Below, one piece after another: positions 7,818 to 10,454 of a DNA stretch of 10,454 nt. A model generated the notes under the pieces. It was not told the DNA's origin. It did no database searches and was given only the letters and a program-made list of their open reading frames with translations. A program made the position numbers and the translations under genes. Source of the DNA: Campylobacterota bacterium (lineage in GTDB: Bacteria > Campylobacterota > Campylobacteria > Campylobacterales > Sulfurimonadaceae); NCBI GenBank assembly GCA_034661055.1, contig JAYEKO010000067.1, positions 1 through 10,454 on the forward strand, given 5' to 3'. Numbering within the stretch: position 1 is the first letter of the stretch; the number at the start of each line of letters is the position of its first letter.

Positions 7818-8818
7818 GACTTGTAGTTTTTTTACTTATTACTCTACTGCTTTTTGGCGATGAATATGATGATTTAGACTTTGATACCAGTAATTTTGAG
7901 AAAAAAATATTTGAGTATCAAGGCTATATTCGAAGTGATAACACTCTAATATACAGTGACACTACCAACAGGGAGATTGTTTCAAGTAAAAATGAGTTTA
8001 ATCTCAGAGCAGACCTCGATTATGAGTGGGTAAACCTGCATGGAGACTACTCCTATTTTTACAATAAAACAGAGGGAACGCCTAGCCAAAATATTTCAAC
8101 ACTTAATGAACTTTATCAGCATTTTGGAGATGAAAAAAACAGCCTAAGTGTTGGTAAAAAAGTTCTACGCTGGGGAAAAGGATATGCCTACAGCCCTTTA
8201 GCCTTTTTTGAACGTCCTAAAAACCCTATTTATCCCGAACTTTCACGAGAGGGTTATCTTATGGCTCATACTAATTTTACACGTACCCCCTCCTCTTTCA
8301 TAGACAACTACACACTAACCCTCTTAGCAGTACCCGATACTAATGACAATAGAGAACTTTTTGAACATACCGACTCAAAGGTGGCTGCTAAACTTTACAT
8401 GCTAATTGGAGAGAGTGATATTGATGTTATAGTTGCTAACAGAGTGTTTGGAGTTGATTTCTCAACCAACGCTACCACCGCACTTGAACTTCACGGTGAC
8501 TTTGGCTACAAAGAGTCACAGTCAAGCTATTTAGCAGGCCTGCGCTATCAGAGTAAAACGGATGTAACCATAATTGCTGAATATACCAAAACCTTTGAAA
8601 ATGATACATTCATCTATCTCAAAGCAACACAAAAAGAGCCTTTTGATATTGTCTACTCCTCACTTTACTTTGTTGGTATTGAAGAGTTAGATGATGATGC
8701 TTACCGTCTTCAGGCAGGAGGAACCTATGATTTTAAAAATGGCTTCACAGGTGATGTAACACTTCTTGCAACTGATGAGAGTTATGGAGGTAAATTTATT
8801 GTATATTACTATTTTTAA
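7814..8818 (+). CDS. Putative outer-membrane beta-barrel protein
   Basis: Signal peptide, acidic N-terminus (DEYDDLDFD), LNELY...LSVGKKVLRWGKG motif, alternating amphipathic strands, C-terminal YYYF (BAM-type aromatic end). ATGA overlap with the LolA-like gene. Confidence 0.7.
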   Translation: MRLVVFLLITLLLFGDEYDDLDFDTSNFEKKIFEYQGYIRSDNTLIYSDTTNREIVSSKNEFNLRADLDYEWVNLHGDYSYFYNKTEGTPSQNISTLNELYQHFGDEKNSLSVGKKVLRWGKGYAYSPLAFFERPKNPIYPELSREGYLMAHTNFTRTPSSFIDNYTLTLLAVPDTNDNRELFEHTDSKVAAKLYMLIGESDIDVIVANRVFGVDFSTNATTALELHGDFGYKESQSSYLAGLRYQSKTDVTIIAEYTKTFENDTFIYLKATQKEPFDIVYSSLYFVGIEELDDDAYRLQAGGTYDFKNGFTGDVTLLATDESYGGKFIVYYYF

Positions 8819-8833
8819 ACAAGGAATTTACAG

Positions 8834-9280
8834 ATGACACTTTATGTTGACGGTGATGCGTTTCCCAATTTACTTAAGCCTATTCTACTGCGTGCTATTG
8901 AACGACTAAAAATTAAGACTGTTGTAGTTGCAAACAAAAAAATTAATATTGGCAAATCTCAATTGGTTGAGTATATTATTGTAGAACAGGGTGCTGATGT
9001 TGCCGATGCAAAAATTGTCGAGATGGCACAAGAGGGTGATTTAGTCATTACCGCAGATATTCCACTTGCTGATCATATCATTACTAAAAATGCCCATGCT
9101 ATTGATCATCGTGGAGAGCTTTACAGTGTTGATAACATCAAACAGTACCTTGCCATGCGTGATTTAATGGAGAAAATTCGTGAGAGTGGAGAGATGACAA
9201 AGGGACCAAAATCTTTCTCACAAAAGAATGCGCATGAATTTGCCAATCAACTCAACGCTTTTTTAACAAAACACTATTAG
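8834..9280 (+). CDS. yaiI: YaiI/YqxD family protein (UPF0178/DUF188, PIN-like)
   Basis: LYVDGDAFP, GADVADAKIV, GDLVITADIPLA, GELYSVDNI motifs. SD AAGGA at 8821-8825. Confidence 0.88.
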   Translation: MTLYVDGDAFPNLLKPILLRAIERLKIKTVVVANKKINIGKSQLVEYIIVEQGADVADAKIVEMAQEGDLVITADIPLADHIITKNAHAIDHRGELYSVDNIKQYLAMRDLMEKIRESGEMTKGPKSFSQKNAHEFANQLNAFLTKHY

Positions 9281-9288
9281 TTTTAGAC

Positions 9289-9331
9289 TATAATAGTATC
9301 TATAAAACTTCACAAAAGATTTATCTTTTGT
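9289..9331 (+). promoter_or_regulatory. Putative -10 (TATAAT, 9289-9294) followed by a 20-bp palindrome ACAAAAGAT-TT-ATCTTTTGT (9312-9331)
   Basis: Read directly from the sequence; perfect 9-bp arms. Confidence 0.45.
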
Positions 9332-9376
9332 CTTAACTACTGTTATGGTCTATATTAAATGTTAAAAGGAACTGCC

Positions 9377-9874
9377 ATGTGCAACTTTAATGAACTAGAT
9401 GAAGCGGGTAAACTAGCCGCTCATGAACAACTTATTGCCTGTGCAGACTCTTTTGGAGGAAAGAACTTCTTTCTTCAACTTGTTGAGACACTGCATAAAG
9501 CAAAGCCCAATCCACTCATTGCAAGAAACAGTAAGTTTCAGTTTCCTTTAGGAACAGTAACGTGGAATAAGGTAATTTTTAACGACAAGATTTTACTACT
9601 GACTAAAGTACGTGTTAATGAACATAAAAATGGTAACCTACTTCCAAAAAAAGATCATAAATCTTACAAGAAAGTCTTAAATCTCGTTCGTGCCTTTCAC
9701 CCTATTGAGTTTAGTGTTACACCAAAAGACAGAGATGATGGTGACGGCTTTACATTTAGTCCTTTTGATACAATCGATAAAGAGACAACACGAATTAACC
9801 CTATTTTTGATGCACTATTTTTCTGCTCTATAGATACGGTAAAAAAAGCACTTAACTATAAGCCAAAAAGCTAA
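9377..9874 (+). CDS. Hypothetical cytoplasmic protein
   Basis: Long ORF with no family recognised. AAAGGA lies 6 nt before ATG 9377, which favours it over ATG 9359. Confidence 0.7.
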   Translation: MCNFNELDEAGKLAAHEQLIACADSFGGKNFFLQLVETLHKAKPNPLIARNSKFQFPLGTVTWNKVIFNDKILLLTKVRVNEHKNGNLLPKKDHKSYKKVLNLVRAFHPIEFSVTPKDRDDGDGFTFSPFDTIDKETTRINPIFDALFFCSIDTVKKALNYKPKS

Positions 9875-9877
9875 CTG

Positions 9878-10069
9878 ATGGACGGTAAAAAACGTAGTAA
9901 TATTAAAAGTGGTGTGAGTGTTGCCATTGTTTTAAAAAAAGACCAGAGAAGCGGAGCACTTACAAAAGGAGTGGTAAAAGATATTTTGACCAACTCTGCG
10001 ACACATCCTCATGGAATAAAGGTACGGCTTACCAGCGGTGATGTAGGACGTGTTAAAGAAGTTTACTGA
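9878..10069 (+). CDS. ywbE: YwbE family protein (DUF2196)
   Basis: IVLKKDQRSGALTKGVVKDILTNSATHPHGIKVRLTSGDVGRV matches the YwbE signature. Confidence 0.9.
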   Translation: MDGKKRSNIKSGVSVAIVLKKDQRSGALTKGVVKDILTNSATHPHGIKVRLTSGDVGRVKEVY

Positions 10070-10213
10070 CTATTTTTGAATAAATTGTCCACACCCTTTT
10101 TTAGCATTTCCTTTGAAAGTTTTAAAGTTTTTATTGCCATCTAGCCACGCTTGAAAACGGGCACATTCATCTTTTTTCATACAACTCTCATTATTACAAG
10201 CTTTATCTACCAT
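10070..10213 (-). CDS. Small 47-aa four-cysteine protein (C-x4-C-x5-C-x23-C), not in the ORF track
   Basis: Manual translation MVDKACNNESCMKKDECARFQAWLDGNKNFKTFKGNAKKGCGQFIQK*. AAGGA lies 6 nt before the ATG, with TGG-TATTAT (extended -10-like) just upstream. The stop codon abuts the ywbE stop. Confidence 0.7.
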   Translation of the reverse strand: MVDKACNNESCMKKDECARFQAWLDGNKNFKTFKGNAKKGCGQFIQK

Positions 10214-10304
10214 GTTCTATCCTTAATATAATACCACTTAAACTGCTGCCGCTAATGTGCTTAACAGAACCAATTTCATGGGATTTTAGTAGGTTTAACC
10301 TTAA

Positions 10305-10454
10305 GGGCACCTCTAATAACCCTAAACAGCCCTACGGGAGGAAAAAAGAGACATAGCCTTGCACAAAATTTTTACTCGTCGTAGCTTTGGCTATGACTCA
10401 TAAAAAGTTTTGCACAATCTTACGTCTCTTTTTTCCTCTGAGGCTATTTAGGGT
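10305..10454. mobile_element. MITE/RPE-like long palindromic repeat element, right end truncated by the window
   Basis: Arms pair along 10319-10454: ACCCTAAAcAGCC/GGCTaTTTAGGGT, GAGGAAAAAAGAGAC/GTCTCTTTTTTCCTC (15/15), GTCgTAGC/GCTAtGAC, loop about 10386-10389. Left end TTAA-GGGCACCTCTAATAACC. No substantial ORF found. Confidence 0.65.

Noticed and set aside
10238..10279. 13-aa signal-peptide-like ORF MKLVLLSTLAAAV* (- strand) between the hairpin element and the microprotein
   Set aside because: No SD, an in-frame stop three codons upstream, and too short to distinguish from chance; a gene remnant cannot be excluded.
1..10454. CRISPR array, tRNA/rRNA, transposase, or selenocysteine read-through
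   Set aside because: No repeat-spacer periodicity, RNA-gene signatures or transposase motifs were seen. The TGA stops fall at natural protein ends or ATGA overlaps.

Overview
AT-rich, gene-dense chromosomal window. AAGGA(G) ribosome-binding sites, TATAAT-type promoters and the gene families suggest a Campylobacterota (Sulfurimonas/Sulfurovum-like) genome; this is inference. There are three putative operons. (1) + strand, 143-2685: a Tll0287/DUF3365-like c-type heme protein, a diheme cytochrome c lipoprotein, a DUF1007 periplasmic protein and an RcnA/NiCoT-like permease (a ZevAB-like pair). (2) - strand, 5059-2691: a TDT/SLAC1 anion channel, a DUF302 protein, a NifX-family protein and a short TrmO/TsaA-like protein. 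(3) + strand, 5223-8818, divergent from (2) across a 41-bp palindrome: a LolD-like ATPase, a LolE/FtsX permease, a LolA-like protein and a putative outer-membrane beta-barrel. These are followed by YaiI/YqxD, a hypothetical protein and YwbE. Two things are absent from the ORF track: a 47-aa four-cysteine ORF (10070-10213, -) and a MITE/RPE-like long palindromic element cut by the window end (about 10305-10454+). All family assignments come from motif recognition, not database searches.
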